53,382 nt of DNA from Rhodospirillales bacterium (GTDB lineage Bacteria > Pseudomonadota > Alphaproteobacteria > Rhodospirillales > CALINB01): the NCBI GenBank assembly GCA_040904505.1, contig JBBDTH010000024.1:1-53382 (forward strand). The letters are read 5' to 3'. The translations under genes and the position numbers were made by a program. Below are positions 32,590 to 43,573 of the stretch, piece after piece (the first letter of the stretch is position 1; the number at the start of each line of letters is the position of its first letter). The notes beneath the pieces were generated by a model. That model was not told the origin of the DNA and made no database searches. It saw only the letters and a program-made list of their open reading frames with translations.

Positions 32590-33491
32590 TGATCGTACTC
32601 CGCGTTCTCGACCATCCAGGAAACCAGCTCGTTGAACGAAATGCCGGCATGGGCCGCTTGTTCGGGCACGAGCGAGGTTTCCGTCATGCCGGGCTGGGTG
32701 TTGATTTCGAGCAGATAAAACGTCTCGCCGTCGTAGCGCATGTCGGCACGCGACACGCCGCGGCAGCCCAAGGTCCGATGAGCGCGCACCGCAATATCCA
32801 TGGCTTCGCCGTAGGCCGCTTCATCGAGGGATGCCGGCAGAAGATGCACCGAGCCGCCCTTGTCGTACTTGGCCTTGTAATCGTAGAAACCGCGCTCGGT
32901 GGTGATTTCGGTCACGGCCAAGGCCCGATCGCCCATCACGGCAACGGTGATTTCCTTGCCCGGAACGAACCGCTCGACCATCACCTTGGAGCCGAACGGC
33001 CACGCGGAGTCCTTAAAGGGCAACGGCGCGCTCGCGTCATCGACGATGTAAACGCCGACGCTGGAGCCTTCGTTCAGCGGCTTGATCACGTAGGGCCGCG
33101 CCATCGCATCGCCCGCCAGCACCTCGTCGCGCGAGACGATCCTGTGCTCGGCCACGGGAATACCCGCCTCGGCGAACAGCCGCTTGGCCATCGGTTTGTC
33201 CATCGCCAGCGCGGACGCCAGCAGCCCGGAATGGGTATAGGGGATTTCGAGAATGTTCAGGAGGCCCTGCACGCACCCGTCCTCGCCGTAGCGGCCGTGC
33301 AAGGCGTTGAAGGCGGCATCGGGCCGCGGATAAAGCCGCGTCAGCAGCGATCCCATGTCCTTTTGAACGTCGATCGACGTAACCCGGTAGCCCGACTCCT
33401 TGAGTCCGCGCGCGACCGCCGCGCCCGACACCATCGAAACCTCGCGCTCGGCGGACCAGCCGCCCATCAGGATCGCGACATGACGGCTCAT
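32586..33491 (-). CDS. ddl: D-alanine--D-alanine ligase
   Basis: MGGWSAEREVS, LHGRYGEDG, EGSSVG, FYDYKAKY, EINTQPGMT. Confidence 0.97.
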   Translation of the reverse strand: MSRHVAILMGGWSAEREVSMVSGAAVARGLKESGYRVTSIDVQKDMGSLLTRLYPRPDAAFNALHGRYGEDGCVQGLLNILEIPYTHSGLLASALAMDKPMAKRLFAEAGIPVAEHRIVSRDEVLAGDAMARPYVIKPLNEGSSVGVYIVDDASAPLPFKDSAWPFGSKVMVERFVPGKEITVAVMGDRALAVTEITTERGFYDYKAKYDKGGSVHLLPASLDEAAYGEAMDIAVRAHRTLGCRGVSRADMRYDGETFYLLEINTQPGMTETSLVPEQAAHAGISFNELVSWMVENAEYDQ

Positions 33492-34444
33492 GATCCGGCC
33501 TCCTTCAGGCACGGCCCGGCGGGCTCGCCGATGCGGCGGATTTCCCACTCGAGCGTGATCCCGCTCGTCTCGAACACCCGGCGGCGGATTTCCTCGCCGA
33601 GCCCCTCGAGATCGGCGGCGCTCGCATCGCCGGTATTGATCAGGAAATTGCAGTGCTTCTCGGAAACCATGGCGCCGCCCCGGCGCAAGCCCCGGCACCC
33701 GGCCGCGTCGATCAGCTCCCAGGCTTTCGTCCCATCCTGCGTGGGATCCGGATTTTTAAACGTGCTGCCGCCGGTCGGCGTGCGCAGCGGCTGGGTTTGC
33801 TCGCGCTCGGCCTGAATCGCGGCCATGCGTTTCGCGATGTCCGCACGCTTGCCCGACTGTCCCCGCAGCGTCGCCGCCGTGAAGATCCAATCCTCGGCAA
33901 CGGCGCCGTGGCGGTACGTGAACCCTAAGGCGTCAAGATCGAGATCGTGCGCGCCGCCGCTCGGATCGAGGGCGCGCGCGCCGAGCGTCACGTCCTTCAT
34001 CTCGACGCCGTAAGCGCCCGCGTTCATGCGCAACGCCCCGCCGATGGTGCCGGGAATACCCCGCAGAAATTCAAGGCCGGCGATCCCCGCATCGCGCGCG
34101 GCGGCGGCGACGCTGACGTCGCTCGCGCCGGCACCGGCGGTGATCGTCATGTTCTCGACCTCGATCCCGGCGAAAGCTCGGCCGAGGCGGATAACGACGC
34201 CGCGCAAGCCCCCGTCGCGCACCAGAACGTTCGAGCCGACTCCGAGCACGCTGAGCGCAACGTCGCCGGGCCGGCCGGCGAGAAATGCGCTCAGATCGGC
34301 TTCATCGGCGGGATGGAACAACACCTCCGCCGGGCCGCCGACGCGAAACCAGGTGTACTTCGCCAACGGCGCGCCTTGCTCGTAGCGGCCGCGCACGGCC
34401 GGCAAACGTTCGATCAGGCTTTGCGGAGCGCGCGCCGGCATCAT
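33488..34444 (-). CDS. murB: UDP-N-acetylenolpyruvoylglucosamine reductase
   Basis: [50 protein letters not shown]. Confidence 0.97.
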   Translation of the reverse strand: MMPARAPQSLIERLPAVRGRYEQGAPLAKYTWFRVGGPAEVLFHPADEADLSAFLAGRPGDVALSVLGVGSNVLVRDGGLRGVVIRLGRAFAGIEVENMTITAGAGASDVSVAAAARDAGIAGLEFLRGIPGTIGGALRMNAGAYGVEMKDVTLGARALDPSGGAHDLDLDALGFTYRHGAVAEDWIFTAATLRGQSGKRADIAKRMAAIQAEREQTQPLRTPTGGSTFKNPDPTQDGTKAWELIDAAGCRGLRRGGAMVSEKHCNFLINTGDASAADLEGLGEEIRRRVFETSGITLEWEIRRIGEPAGPCLKEAGS

Positions 34445-35880
34445 CCTTTCGCTCCTTTTCCCGGCTTTGTCTTGTTTCTGATGTCGCCCAACTGCTCGGG
34501 CAGCGCATTGGCCCAGGCCGTGATGTTGCCCGCGCCCAGGCACACGACGAGATCGCCCGACGCGGCCAAGCCGTCGATCAGCGCCGGCAAATCCTCCGGC
34601 TTCTCCAGCGCGTGGACGGACCCATGGCCGTGGCTCCGCAGGCCGTCGATCAAGGCGTCGCGGTCGATGCCCGGAATCGGCGGTTCGCCCGCCGCGTATA
34701 CATCGGCGACGATCACGTCGTCGGCATCATTGAAGCACGTGCAGAAATCGTCGAACAGATCGCGCAGCCGGCTGTAGCGGTGCGGCTGCACGACCGCGAT
34801 GACCTTGCGCTCGGTCGCCGTGCGCGCGGCCTTGAGAACGGCGGCGATCTCGACCGGGTGGTGGCCGTAATCGTCGATCACGGTGATGCCGTCGACGATG
34901 CCGGTTCGGGTAAAACGGCGGTTGACCCCTTCGAACTGGGCCAAGGCGCGGCGCACGACCGCTTGATCGATTCCCATTTCGAGCGCCACGGCGACGGTCG
35001 CCAGCGCGTTTAGCACATTGTGCTCGCCCGCCATCGGCACATGCAGGTCGACGATGGTCTCGCGCTTGTCGGTGGCGCGGTCGTGAACGGTCACGTCGAA
35101 TTGCGAACCGCCGGCGCCGGAGCGCACGTTGTGGCCCCGCACCACCGCCTGCGGGCTAAAGCCGTAGGTGACGATCCGCCGGTCCGACACCCGCGGGATC
35201 ATCGCCTGCACTTCCGGATGATCGATGCAAAGCGCCGCGAAACCGTAAAACGGTATATTTTCGACGAAGGCCACGAAAGCCGCGCGCAACGCATCGAACG
35301 AACCGTAATGATCGAGGTGTTCGGGATCGATATTGGTAACGACCGCAATAACCGCCGGCAGCTTCAGGAACGATCCGTCCGACTCGTCGGCTTCGGCCAC
35401 CATCCAGTCGCCGCCACCGAGCCGCGCGTTGGTGCCCCAAGCGTTGATGATGCCGCCGTTGATCACGGTCGGGTCGAGCTCGGCAACGTCGAGCAACTGC
35501 GCGATCAGCGACGTGGTGGTGGTTTTGCCGTGGGTGCCGCCGACGGCGATCGACCATTTCAGGCGCATCAGCTCTGCCAGCATTTCGGCGCGGCGCACGA
35601 CCGGCAACAGCCGCTTACGGGCCTCCGCGACTTCCGGGTTGTCGCTTTTCACGGCCGAGGAGACCACGATGACATGCGCATCGCGGACGTTCTCGGTCGC
35701 GTGGCCCACGGTGACCGGGATGCCGATCTTGCGCAGGCGCCGGACGTTCGCGCTTTCGGCGATATCGCTGCCTTGCACCGAATACCCCAGATTATGCAAC
35801 ACCTCGGCGATGCCGCTCATGCCGATCCCGCCGATGCCGACGAAATGAATGGTGCCGATGGAAAGCGGCAGCGCTCTCAT
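34441..35880 (-). CDS. murC: UDP-N-acetylmuramate--L-alanine ligase
   Basis: [43 protein letters not shown]. Confidence 0.97.
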   Translation of the reverse strand: MRALPLSIGTIHFVGIGGIGMSGIAEVLHNLGYSVQGSDIAESANVRRLRKIGIPVTVGHATENVRDAHVIVVSSAVKSDNPEVAEARKRLLPVVRRAEMLAELMRLKWSIAVGGTHGKTTTTSLIAQLLDVAELDPTVINGGIINAWGTNARLGGGDWMVAEADESDGSFLKLPAVIAVVTNIDPEHLDHYGSFDALRAAFVAFVENIPFYGFAALCIDHPEVQAMIPRVSDRRIVTYGFSPQAVVRGHNVRSGAGGSQFDVTVHDRATDKRETIVDLHVPMAGEHNVLNALATVAVALEMGIDQAVVRRALAQFEGVNRRFTRTGIVDGITVIDDYGHHPVEIAAVLKAARTATERKVIAVVQPHRYSRLRDLFDDFCTCFNDADDVIVADVYAAGEPPIPGIDRDALIDGLRSHGHGSVHALEKPEDLPALIDGLAASGDLVVCLGAGNITAWANALPEQLGDIRNKTKPGKGAKG

Positions 35881-37019
35881 GCCGCCTCCTTTCCGGCGAC
35901 ATCGCTATCGTCGTTCGTTCGCATGATGTCACACACCAAATCGGCGAACGTCGCGGCCGCATCGGGCCTGCCGGCGGCGCGCGAACACGCGGCGGCGCCT
36001 TTGAGGGCCGTGGGATTGCCGAACAAGGCGTTCAGGCGATCCGCCAAAAGAGTCGCGCTTAACGCGCTTTCGGGCATCAACCACCCGCCGCCGACTTCAT
36101 CGACGGCCTCCGCGTTCGCGGTCTGGTGGTCGTCGACGGCGTGGGGATAGGGCACCAGAATCGCGGGGCGGCCGACGGCCGTCGCCTCGGCGACCGTCGA
36201 TGCGCCCGCGCGCCCGATCAGTACATGCGCGGCGGCCAAGCGATTCGGCACGTCGGAAAAGAACACGGCCAGGTCCGCCTGCACGCCGAACGTTTCGTAG
36301 CGGCGGCGGACCATACTCAAATCCTCCGGCCGGCATTGCTGGGTCAGCACCAGGCGATCGCGCCAGCGCGGATCGAGCTTGGCGACGGCGTCGGGCACCA
36401 CGGTGCTGAAAACATGCGCCCCCTGGCTGCCGCCGAGGACCAGTATGTTAATCGGCGACGTCCCATCGAAATCCGGATACGGCACGGCACGCTTGGCGAC
36501 GATTTCCGGGCGCACCGGCATGCCGGTGCAGACCATTTTGCCGGCGGCGCCTTCCGGCACGCCGCCGGAACGCTCGAACGACGTCGCGATGCGCCCGACC
36601 CGGGGCGCCAGCATCCGGTTGGCCCGGCCCAGAATCGCGTTCTGCTCATGAATCACCGTCGGGAGATGCGCGAGTACCGCCGCGATCATGGTCGGGAAAG
36701 AGGCATATCCGCCGAAGCCCACGACCGCCGCGGGCTTGAGGCGACGCAGCAGCGCGCGCGCCTGCAAGGTGCCGACCGCAAGCTCCGGCACGCTTTTCAT
36801 CCGCGCGAACACACCCTTGCCGGCGACCCCGCCGGCTTGAATCCGATAGGTCTCGACGTCGCCCAGGCCGCCGTTGTAATGCCCGCCCCGGCGATCCGTA
36901 ATCAACGTCAACCGGCAACCGCGGGTTTTAAGTTCGTCCGCGAGCGCTTCCGCCGGGAACACATGTCCGCCGGTCCCACCGGCCGCCAACACGATCAAGG
37001 GTGCGTTCGATACCGTCAT
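35877..37019 (-). CDS. murG: Lipid II synthesis N-acetylglucosaminyltransferase
   Basis: [42 protein letters not shown]. Confidence 0.97.
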   Translation of the reverse strand: MTVSNAPLIVLAAGGTGGHVFPAEALADELKTRGCRLTLITDRRGGHYNGGLGDVETYRIQAGGVAGKGVFARMKSVPELAVGTLQARALLRRLKPAAVVGFGGYASFPTMIAAVLAHLPTVIHEQNAILGRANRMLAPRVGRIATSFERSGGVPEGAAGKMVCTGMPVRPEIVAKRAVPYPDFDGTSPINILVLGGSQGAHVFSTVVPDAVAKLDPRWRDRLVLTQQCRPEDLSMVRRRYETFGVQADLAVFFSDVPNRLAAAHVLIGRAGASTVAEATAVGRPAILVPYPHAVDDHQTANAEAVDEVGGGWLMPESALSATLLADRLNALFGNPTALKGAAACSRAAGRPDAAATFADLVCDIMRTNDDSDVAGKEAA

Positions 37020-38134
37020 CGCCCGCCTCCCGGTTGCTCGCGGGTCAGCGCCAACACCATGCCCATCGCATATGCCAAGGCGAGCGTCGACGACCCGCCG
37101 TAGGAGATGAACGGCAGCGTCATCCCCTTGGGCGGAATCAAATGAACGGCCGACGCCATGTTGATGATCGCCTGCAGGCCGAATTGGATCAGCAGCCCGA
37201 TCACGACCAGTAAAACGAAAAGATCGTTGTCCTTGAACACGCGGCTGAACCCGCGAAACACGACGAATGCGAATAGGCACACGATGATCAAACAGGCGAT
37301 CAAGCCGAATTCTTCGCCCGTTACCGCGAAGATGAAATCGGCGTGGGCGTCCGGCAGCACTTCCTTCACCCGGCCTTCGCCCGGTCCCCGGCCGAACAAG
37401 CCGCCGTTCTGAAAGGCTTCGATCCCGCGCATGACCTGATAGCCTTCGCCGGCCGCCGGATCGAGGAACCGATCGATACGGCTTTGCACGTGCGAGAACG
37501 CAAAATACGCGGCCACCCCGCCGCCGATAAAAACGCAGGCCGCCAAGGCGACGAAAATTAGCGGCAACCCGGCCAGGAAGAACTGCACGCCCCAAATCGC
37601 CGCGATGACCAAGGTCATGCCGACGTCCGGCTGCAGCAAAAGCAACACGGTGATCACGACGAACAAGCCGGTCGCGATCACATATCCGGGAAAGCGCTCG
37701 TCGAGACGGCCTTGCGCGAACATCCAGGCCGCCACAACGGCGAAACTCGGCTTCACGAATTCGGAAGGCTGCAGGGAAAACAAACCGAAATAAAGCCACC
37801 GCGACGCGCCCTTGATTTCGCTGCCGACGAACAGTACCGCCACCATCAAAATCATCGATACCGCCAGGCACGCCACCGAGAGTCGGCGCACGCCGCGCGA
37901 AGACAGCAGGGAAACCCCGAACATGATGAACAGCGCCAGCACCAGAAAAACGAACTGGCGGCGCGCGAAATAAAACGTATCGAGTCCGATGCGTTCGGCG
38001 ACCGGCGGCGATGCCGCCAACGCCATGACCGCGCCGATCCCCGCGATGGCGATCAGCGCCGTCAGATTCCACCGGTCGATGGTCCACCACCAGCGGGCGA
38101 TCAGGCTCGTATCGGTGCGGCTGAATCCGGCCAT
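37016..38134 (-). CDS. ftsW: Peptidoglycan glycosyltransferase FtsW
   Basis: WWWT.D, GASRW, QPSEFVK, QPD.G, LPDAHADFIF, KGMTLPFISYGGSS. Confidence 0.97.
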   Translation of the reverse strand: MAGFSRTDTSLIARWWWTIDRWNLTALIAIAGIGAVMALAASPPVAERIGLDTFYFARRQFVFLVLALFIMFGVSLLSSRGVRRLSVACLAVSMILMVAVLFVGSEIKGASRWLYFGLFSLQPSEFVKPSFAVVAAWMFAQGRLDERFPGYVIATGLFVVITVLLLLQPDVGMTLVIAAIWGVQFFLAGLPLIFVALAACVFIGGGVAAYFAFSHVQSRIDRFLDPAAGEGYQVMRGIEAFQNGGLFGRGPGEGRVKEVLPDAHADFIFAVTGEEFGLIACLIIVCLFAFVVFRGFSRVFKDNDLFVLLVVIGLLIQFGLQAIINMASAVHLIPPKGMTLPFISYGGSSTLALAYAMGMVLALTREQPGGGR

Positions 38135-38135
38135 T

Positions 38136-39554
38136 TCAGATCGCCCCCGCCTTGAGGTGAGGAAGTTCGGCCCGGTGTCCGGGCAAGGCGCCGACCAAGG
38201 CGCGAAACGCCTCGCCGCGGTCCTCGAAATCCCTGAACTGATCGAACGAAGCGCACGCCGGCGACAGCAGCACGACGGCCGCCCCGCTTTTCTTTGCTTC
38301 CAGCGCGCACGCCCGCGCACGCTCGACGGCAACATCCAAGGTGCCGCAGCGCTCGACCTTCATGGTACCGGAAAGGTCGCGCTCGAACGGCGCCGCGGCT
38401 TCGCCGATCAGAAACGCCGTGACGATGCGCGGCGCGAACGGCGCGATCGCATCGAGCGCGGTATCCTTGGAACGGCCGCCGGCAATCCAGCAGATCATGT
38501 CGTAGCAGGCAAGCGCACGCACCGCTGACTCGACGTTGGTCGCCTTGCTGTCGTTGATATAGGAGACGCCGTCGATCACGGCGATCAACTCCTGGCGGCG
38601 CGGCATCCCGGGATAGGTTTGCAAACCGGCGACGATGCGTCCGCTCTCGATGCCGATCGTTTTCGCCGCCGCGTAGGCCGCCGCCGCGTTCTGCCAATTG
38701 TGAACGCCGGGCAGGGTCGCGATGCCTCTCATGTCCAGCACCGCGCGGTTTTCGCCCTCGAGATCGTCATGCAAGACACCGTCGCGCGCGTAAACGCCGC
38801 CCTCGACACGAGAGATGCTCGAAATCGGCACGACTCGTTTCGAACCGGCGTGCGCCAGCGATTCGAAAATCGCCTTGCAGTACGGATCGTCGACCCCGAT
38901 CACGGCGACGTCCGAGTCGCCTTGGTTGGCGAAAATTCTTTTCTTGGCTTCGACGTACCCGTCCATGCCGCCGTGACGGTCCAGATGATCGGCGCTGATG
39001 TTGAGAAGCACCGCAATCTTGAACGCCGCCGAGGGCGTCAACTCCAACTGGTAGGACGATAACTCGAGAACGTAACACCCGCCTTGCGCCACCGGATCGA
39101 GCGCCAGAACAGGCGCGCCGATATTGCCGCCGATGCGCGCCGGAATCCCGGCACCGTCCAGGATATGCCCGATCAGGGCGGTCGTCGTCGATTTGCCGTT
39201 GGTGCCGGTCACGCCTAAAAACGCGGCGTTCTTCTCGGCACGGAACATCAATTCGATATCGCATACGATGGCGCAGCCCGAATCGCGCGCCAACCGCGCG
39301 ATCGGATGCGGTGTCGGATGGGTGTGCGGGATACCCGGGCTCAGCACCAAGGTGTTCACCTGCTCCCATCGGCAGCCGTACAGATCGGTCAGCGCCAGGC
39401 CGGCCGCTTCGGCGCGCGCGCGCGCGTCCGGATTGTCGTCCCAGGCCCAAACTTCGACGCCGGATGCGAGCAACGCGCGCGCCGTCGTCATGCCGGTACG
39501 CCCCAATCCGAAGATCGCCACCGGTGCATCGTTGAATTGCGAGAGATCGAGCAT
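38136..39554 (-). CDS. murD: UDP-N-acetylmuramoyl-L-alanine--D-glutamate ligase
   Basis: GLGRTG, SPGIP, GTNGKSTTT, ELSSYQL, DHLDRH, NDSKATN, LSPACASFDQF. Confidence 0.97.
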   Translation of the reverse strand: MLDLSQFNDAPVAIFGLGRTGMTTARALLASGVEVWAWDDNPDARARAEAAGLALTDLYGCRWEQVNTLVLSPGIPHTHPTPHPIARLARDSGCAIVCDIELMFRAEKNAAFLGVTGTNGKSTTTALIGHILDGAGIPARIGGNIGAPVLALDPVAQGGCYVLELSSYQLELTPSAAFKIAVLLNISADHLDRHGGMDGYVEAKKRIFANQGDSDVAVIGVDDPYCKAIFESLAHAGSKRVVPISSISRVEGGVYARDGVLHDDLEGENRAVLDMRGIATLPGVHNWQNAAAAYAAAKTIGIESGRIVAGLQTYPGMPRRQELIAVIDGVSYINDSKATNVESAVRALACYDMICWIAGGRSKDTALDAIAPFAPRIVTAFLIGEAAAPFERDLSGTMKVERCGTLDVAVERARACALEAKKSGAAVVLLSPACASFDQFRDFEDRGEAFRALVGALPGHRAELPHLKAGAI

Positions 39555-39564
39555 CCCTATCCCC

Positions 39565-40653
39565 CTAGCGCAACTTCAACGTGGACAGGCCGATCAACGC
39601 GAGAATGGAAGCGATGATCCAGAACCGGATGACGATGGTGGGCTCGGCCCACCCTTTCTGCTCGAAATGATGATGCAGCGGCGCCATGCGGAATACGCGC
39701 TTGCCGGTCAGCTTGAAGGACACCACCTGCATGATCACCGACACGGTTTCCAGCACGAACAAGCCGCCGACGATGGCGAGCACGAGTTCGTGCTTGGTGA
39801 TGACGCTGACCGTCCCCAAGGCGCCGCCGAGTGCGAGCGAGCCGGTGTCGCCCATGAAGACCTTCGCGGGCGGTGCGTTGAACCAAAGAAAACCGAGGCC
39901 CGCGCCGACCAGGGCGCCGCAGAAGACGGATAGTTCGCCCGCCCCGGGCACGTGGTGCAACTGCAGGTAATTGGCGAAAACGAGGTTGCCGACAAGATAG
40001 GAAATCATCGTGAACACCCCGGCGACGATCATCACCGGGCCGATCGCCAAGCCGTCGAGGCCGTCGGTCAGGTTGACCGCGTTCGACGCCCCGACCATGA
40101 CGACGATCGCCAGGAGCATGAAGCCCCAATGCAGATTGATGAGCACGTTTTTAAAGAACGGCACCGCCAAGGTCGTGCCGAGAGGACCCGGCAGTAGCTT
40201 GACGATCCACAGGATCGCGGCGACGGCGACAAGGGTTTCCAGTAACAGCTTCAACTTGCCCGACAATCCCCTGCTGTCGCGCCGGATCACCTTGCGGTAA
40301 TCGTCGACGAAGCCGATCACCCCGAACGCCACGGTGACGCCGATCGCCGCCCAGACATAGCCGTTCGTCAGATCCGCCCAGAGAACCGTCGCGATCACGA
40401 GCGCGAGCAGGATCATGACCCCGCCCATCGTCGGCGTGCCTTTTTTGCTGACGATGTGGCTCACCGGACCGTCGTCGCGGATCGGTTGGCCGCCGTGCTG
40501 CCGGGCGCGCAGCATTTCGATCAAGGACGGGCCGAGCACGAAGCTGATGATCAGCGCCGTCATCACGGCGCCGCCGGTGCGGAAGGTCAGGTACTTAAAG
40601 ACATTCAGCGCGCTGAACTGATCGGCCAGGGGATACAGAAAATTATAAAGCAT
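39565..40653 (-). CDS. mraY: Phospho-N-acetylmuramoyl-pentapeptide transferase
   Basis: [40 protein letters not shown]. Confidence 0.98.
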   Translation of the reverse strand: MLYNFLYPLADQFSALNVFKYLTFRTGGAVMTALIISFVLGPSLIEMLRARQHGGQPIRDDGPVSHIVSKKGTPTMGGVMILLALVIATVLWADLTNGYVWAAIGVTVAFGVIGFVDDYRKVIRRDSRGLSGKLKLLLETLVAVAAILWIVKLLPGPLGTTLAVPFFKNVLINLHWGFMLLAIVVMVGASNAVNLTDGLDGLAIGPVMIVAGVFTMISYLVGNLVFANYLQLHHVPGAGELSVFCGALVGAGLGFLWFNAPPAKVFMGDTGSLALGGALGTVSVITKHELVLAIVGGLFVLETVSVIMQVVSFKLTGKRVFRMAPLHHHFEQKGWAEPTIVIRFWIIASILALIGLSTLKLR

Positions 40654-40661
40654 GCCGCGTC

Positions 40662-42107
40662 CTATCCCCCGTTCGCCGCGCGCGGCGCCGGAGCCGCGCC
40701 GGTTCCGGCCCGCGCCAGAAGCGCTTCGACGATCACCGTCATTCGGCTGCCCGCGGAGCCCTTGACCGTGACGACGTCGCCGGAACGCACCGCCGCGACG
40801 ACGAGCGGGGCGAGCGCCGTCGCATTTTCGGCGTGAGCGCCGCGAAGCCGTCCCGGCAACGCTTCCGCCAGGTTCGCCATGGCGGGACCGGCGGTAAAAA
40901 CCAAATCGATCGCGTTCTCCAAAATCGGCGTCAGCAGGTCCTTGTGCCGGGCCGCCGATTGCGGTCCCAATTCCAGCATGTCGCCCAACACGGCGATCCG
41001 TCGGCCGCCCCGGGCCGGGCGCTGTCGGCCGAGTACTGCCAACGCCGCCGTTACGGAAACCGGACTTGCGTTATAACTCTCATCGATCACGATCATGTCG
41101 CCGCCGGGCACGACGACGCGATGGATTTGTCCGCGCCCTTTCGGCGGCGTCAGATCGGCCAGCGCCGCGCCGGCCTGGGACACATCGGCACCCACGGCAT
41201 GCACCGCCGCCAACACGCCGAGGCTGTTCATCACCCAATGACGGCCCGGAATGCCGATGCGATAGGTCAGCGCCGAACCGAACACCACCGCCGTCACGAC
41301 GGAATGATCGACCTCGAGCGCCATGTCCAAAAGCCGGACATCGGCGTATTCGCTCGCGCCGAAGCCGATAACCGCCGAGACGTCGTTCGCCTCGGCCGCA
41401 TCCGCCAGGCGGTCGAAAAACGGATTGTCGCGATTGAGAACGGCAATGCCGCCGGGCGCGAGGCCGGTAAAGATTTCCGCCTTCGCGTCGGCGATTTCCT
41501 CGGTGGTTTCGAAAAATTCCGAATGCACCGCCTCGACGGTCGTGACGACGGCGACATGAGGCCGGGCCATCTCGGACAGCGGTGCGATCTCGCCGGGATG
41601 GTTCATGCCCAGCTCGAAAATTCCATAAACGGACTCTTTCGCCATGCGCGCGAGACTCAACGGCACGCCCCAATGATTGTTGAGGCTGCCGATGCCGGCG
41701 TGCGTTGCGGCCTGGCGCGATAACACGAACCGGAGCGCTTCCTTGGTGCCGGTTTTCCCGACGCTGCCGGTGATGGCGACGATTTTGGCGTTCGTCCTGG
41801 CACGCGCGGCGACGCCCAAGGCCCGCAGTGCAGCCATCGTATCGCGAACGCGCAACACCGGCGCATCGGCGGCAAGCTCCGGCACGTCGCGATGTATCAT
41901 CGCGGCGACGGCTTTGAATAAGGCCTCGCCGACATACGCATGACCGTCATGATGGGGGCCTTGCAGCGCGATGAACAAATCGCCCGACTCGGCGGTCCGG
42001 CTGTCGATGGAAATGCCGGTTGCCTGCCAGTCGGCGTTGACCCGCCCGCCTGCCGCGAGAGCGGCCTCGGGCGCGGTCCATAAAATCGGTGTGTTGCCTG
42101 TCTGCAT
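40662..42107 (-). CDS. murF: UDP-N-acetylmuramoyl-tripeptide--D-Ala-D-Ala ligase
   Basis: [53 protein letters not shown]. Confidence 0.97.
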   Translation of the reverse strand: MQTGNTPILWTAPEAALAAGGRVNADWQATGISIDSRTAESGDLFIALQGPHHDGHAYVGEALFKAVAAMIHRDVPELAADAPVLRVRDTMAALRALGVAARARTNAKIVAITGSVGKTGTKEALRFVLSRQAATHAGIGSLNNHWGVPLSLARMAKESVYGIFELGMNHPGEIAPLSEMARPHVAVVTTVEAVHSEFFETTEEIADAKAEIFTGLAPGGIAVLNRDNPFFDRLADAAEANDVSAVIGFGASEYADVRLLDMALEVDHSVVTAVVFGSALTYRIGIPGRHWVMNSLGVLAAVHAVGADVSQAGAALADLTPPKGRGQIHRVVVPGGDMIVIDESYNASPVSVTAALAVLGRQRPARGGRRIAVLGDMLELGPQSAARHKDLLTPILENAIDLVFTAGPAMANLAEALPGRLRGAHAENATALAPLVVAAVRSGDVVTVKGSAGSRMTVIVEALLARAGTGAAPAPRAANGG

Positions 42108-43573
42108 CACCGGGTCTCCCCGATTGCCGCGCGAACGGCCTCGACATCGTCGAACGGCAATATCTCGTCGCCTATAATCTGGCCCGTTTCGTGGCCCTTG
42201 CCCGCGACCACCAGCACATCGCCCTTGCGCAACGATGCGACCGCCGTCGCGATGGCCTCCGCCCGCTCGCCGATCTCCTCGGCCTTTGAACAAGCCGCCA
42301 AAATCGCCCGGCGAATCGCCGCCGGTTCCTCGCCGCGCGGATTGTCGTCGGTGACGATAACCCGATCGGCGAGATCGCATGCGAGGCGCCCCATTTCCGG
42401 ACGCTTGCCGGTATCGCGGTCGCCGCCGCATCCGAACACCACCGCCAACCGGCCCTTGGCGTGGGGCCGTACGGCATTCAGAACATGCGCGAGCGCATCG
42501 GGCGTGTGGGCATAATCGACGAATACCATCGCGCCGGTGGGATGACCGGCAATCCGTTGCATGCGCCCCGGCGCCGCGTCCAATGTCTCGAGCGCGGCGG
42601 CGGCCCGTTTGACCGGCTCGCCCAAAGCGACGGCCAAGGTCAACGCGCACAGGGCGTTGGCGATTTGAAACCGCCCGATCAACGGCAGACTCGCGATAAA
42701 CCGCTCGCCGTTGACGGAAAGATCGAGATCGTAACCGGCGGGCGTTTCGATAACCCGCTTGCAGAACACGTCGCCCGCCCCGATGCCGTAGGTCATGATC
42801 GGGTGGTGGCCGCTTTTACAAATGGCTTGCAGCTTTTCGAATTCAGGCGCTTCCGCGTTCAAAACGGCCCAGCCGCCCGGCTTGAGGATGCCCGAGAACA
42901 AATATGCCTTCGATTCCAGGTAAACTTCCATGGAGCCGTGGTAGTCCAGATGATCGCGCGAAAGATTGGTGAAGGCCGCCGCATCGACGTCGACGCCATC
43001 GAGGCGGAATTGATCGAGACCATGGCTGGAAGCCTCCATCACCAAATGCGTGACGCCTTGATCGCTCAAGGCGCGTAAATTCCTGTGCAAGGCGACCGGA
43101 TCGGGCGTCGTCAAATTTCCGGCCGTTCGTTCCTCGGCGGTCTGAATGCCGAGCGTGCCGATGCTTGCCGCCTTGCGCTTCGAGCGCCCCCAAATCTGGC
43201 GCAGGAAATGCGCAACGGACGTTTTACCGTTGGTTCCCGTCACGGCCGCGATCGTGCCGGGCTGCTTGGCATAAAAGCGCGCCGCCATCAAAGCGAAGCG
43301 GCGGCGCGGGTTGTCGTCAACGATCAGCGGAACGGTGCCGGTTGCGGGCGGCAGTTCCGTACCCGGCGGCGCCAAAACGGCCGTCGCGCCCTGCGCCAAG
43401 GCATCGCCGATGAAAAGCCGGCCGTCGGCTTTCGTACCGGGCAGGGCGGCGAACAGGAATCCGGGCGCGACCCGACGGGAATCGCCCGTCAGTCCCTCGA
43501 TTTCCTGCGTTAAATACGCCGCGCCTTGAACCACTTTATATCCTTCTCCTTGCAACAACTCATCGAGACGCAA
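42107..43573 (-). CDS. murE: UDP-N-acetylmuramoyl-L-Ala-D-Glu--meso-DAP ligase
   Basis: VTGTNGKTS, LTTPD, EASSHGLDQ, DHLDYH, VDYAHTPD, DNPR (meso-DAP motif), GKGHE. Confidence 0.97.
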   Translation of the reverse strand: MRLDELLQGEGYKVVQGAAYLTQEIEGLTGDSRRVAPGFLFAALPGTKADGRLFIGDALAQGATAVLAPPGTELPPATGTVPLIVDDNPRRRFALMAARFYAKQPGTIAAVTGTNGKTSVAHFLRQIWGRSKRKAASIGTLGIQTAEERTAGNLTTPDPVALHRNLRALSDQGVTHLVMEASSHGLDQFRLDGVDVDAAAFTNLSRDHLDYHGSMEVYLESKAYLFSGILKPGGWAVLNAEAPEFEKLQAICKSGHHPIMTYGIGAGDVFCKRVIETPAGYDLDLSVNGERFIASLPLIGRFQIANALCALTLAVALGEPVKRAAAALETLDAAPGRMQRIAGHPTGAMVFVDYAHTPDALAHVLNAVRPHAKGRLAVVFGCGGDRDTGKRPEMGRLACDLADRVIVTDDNPRGEEPAAIRRAILAACSKAEEIGERAEAIATAVASLRKGDVLVVAGKGHETGQIIGDEILPFDDVEAVRAAIGETR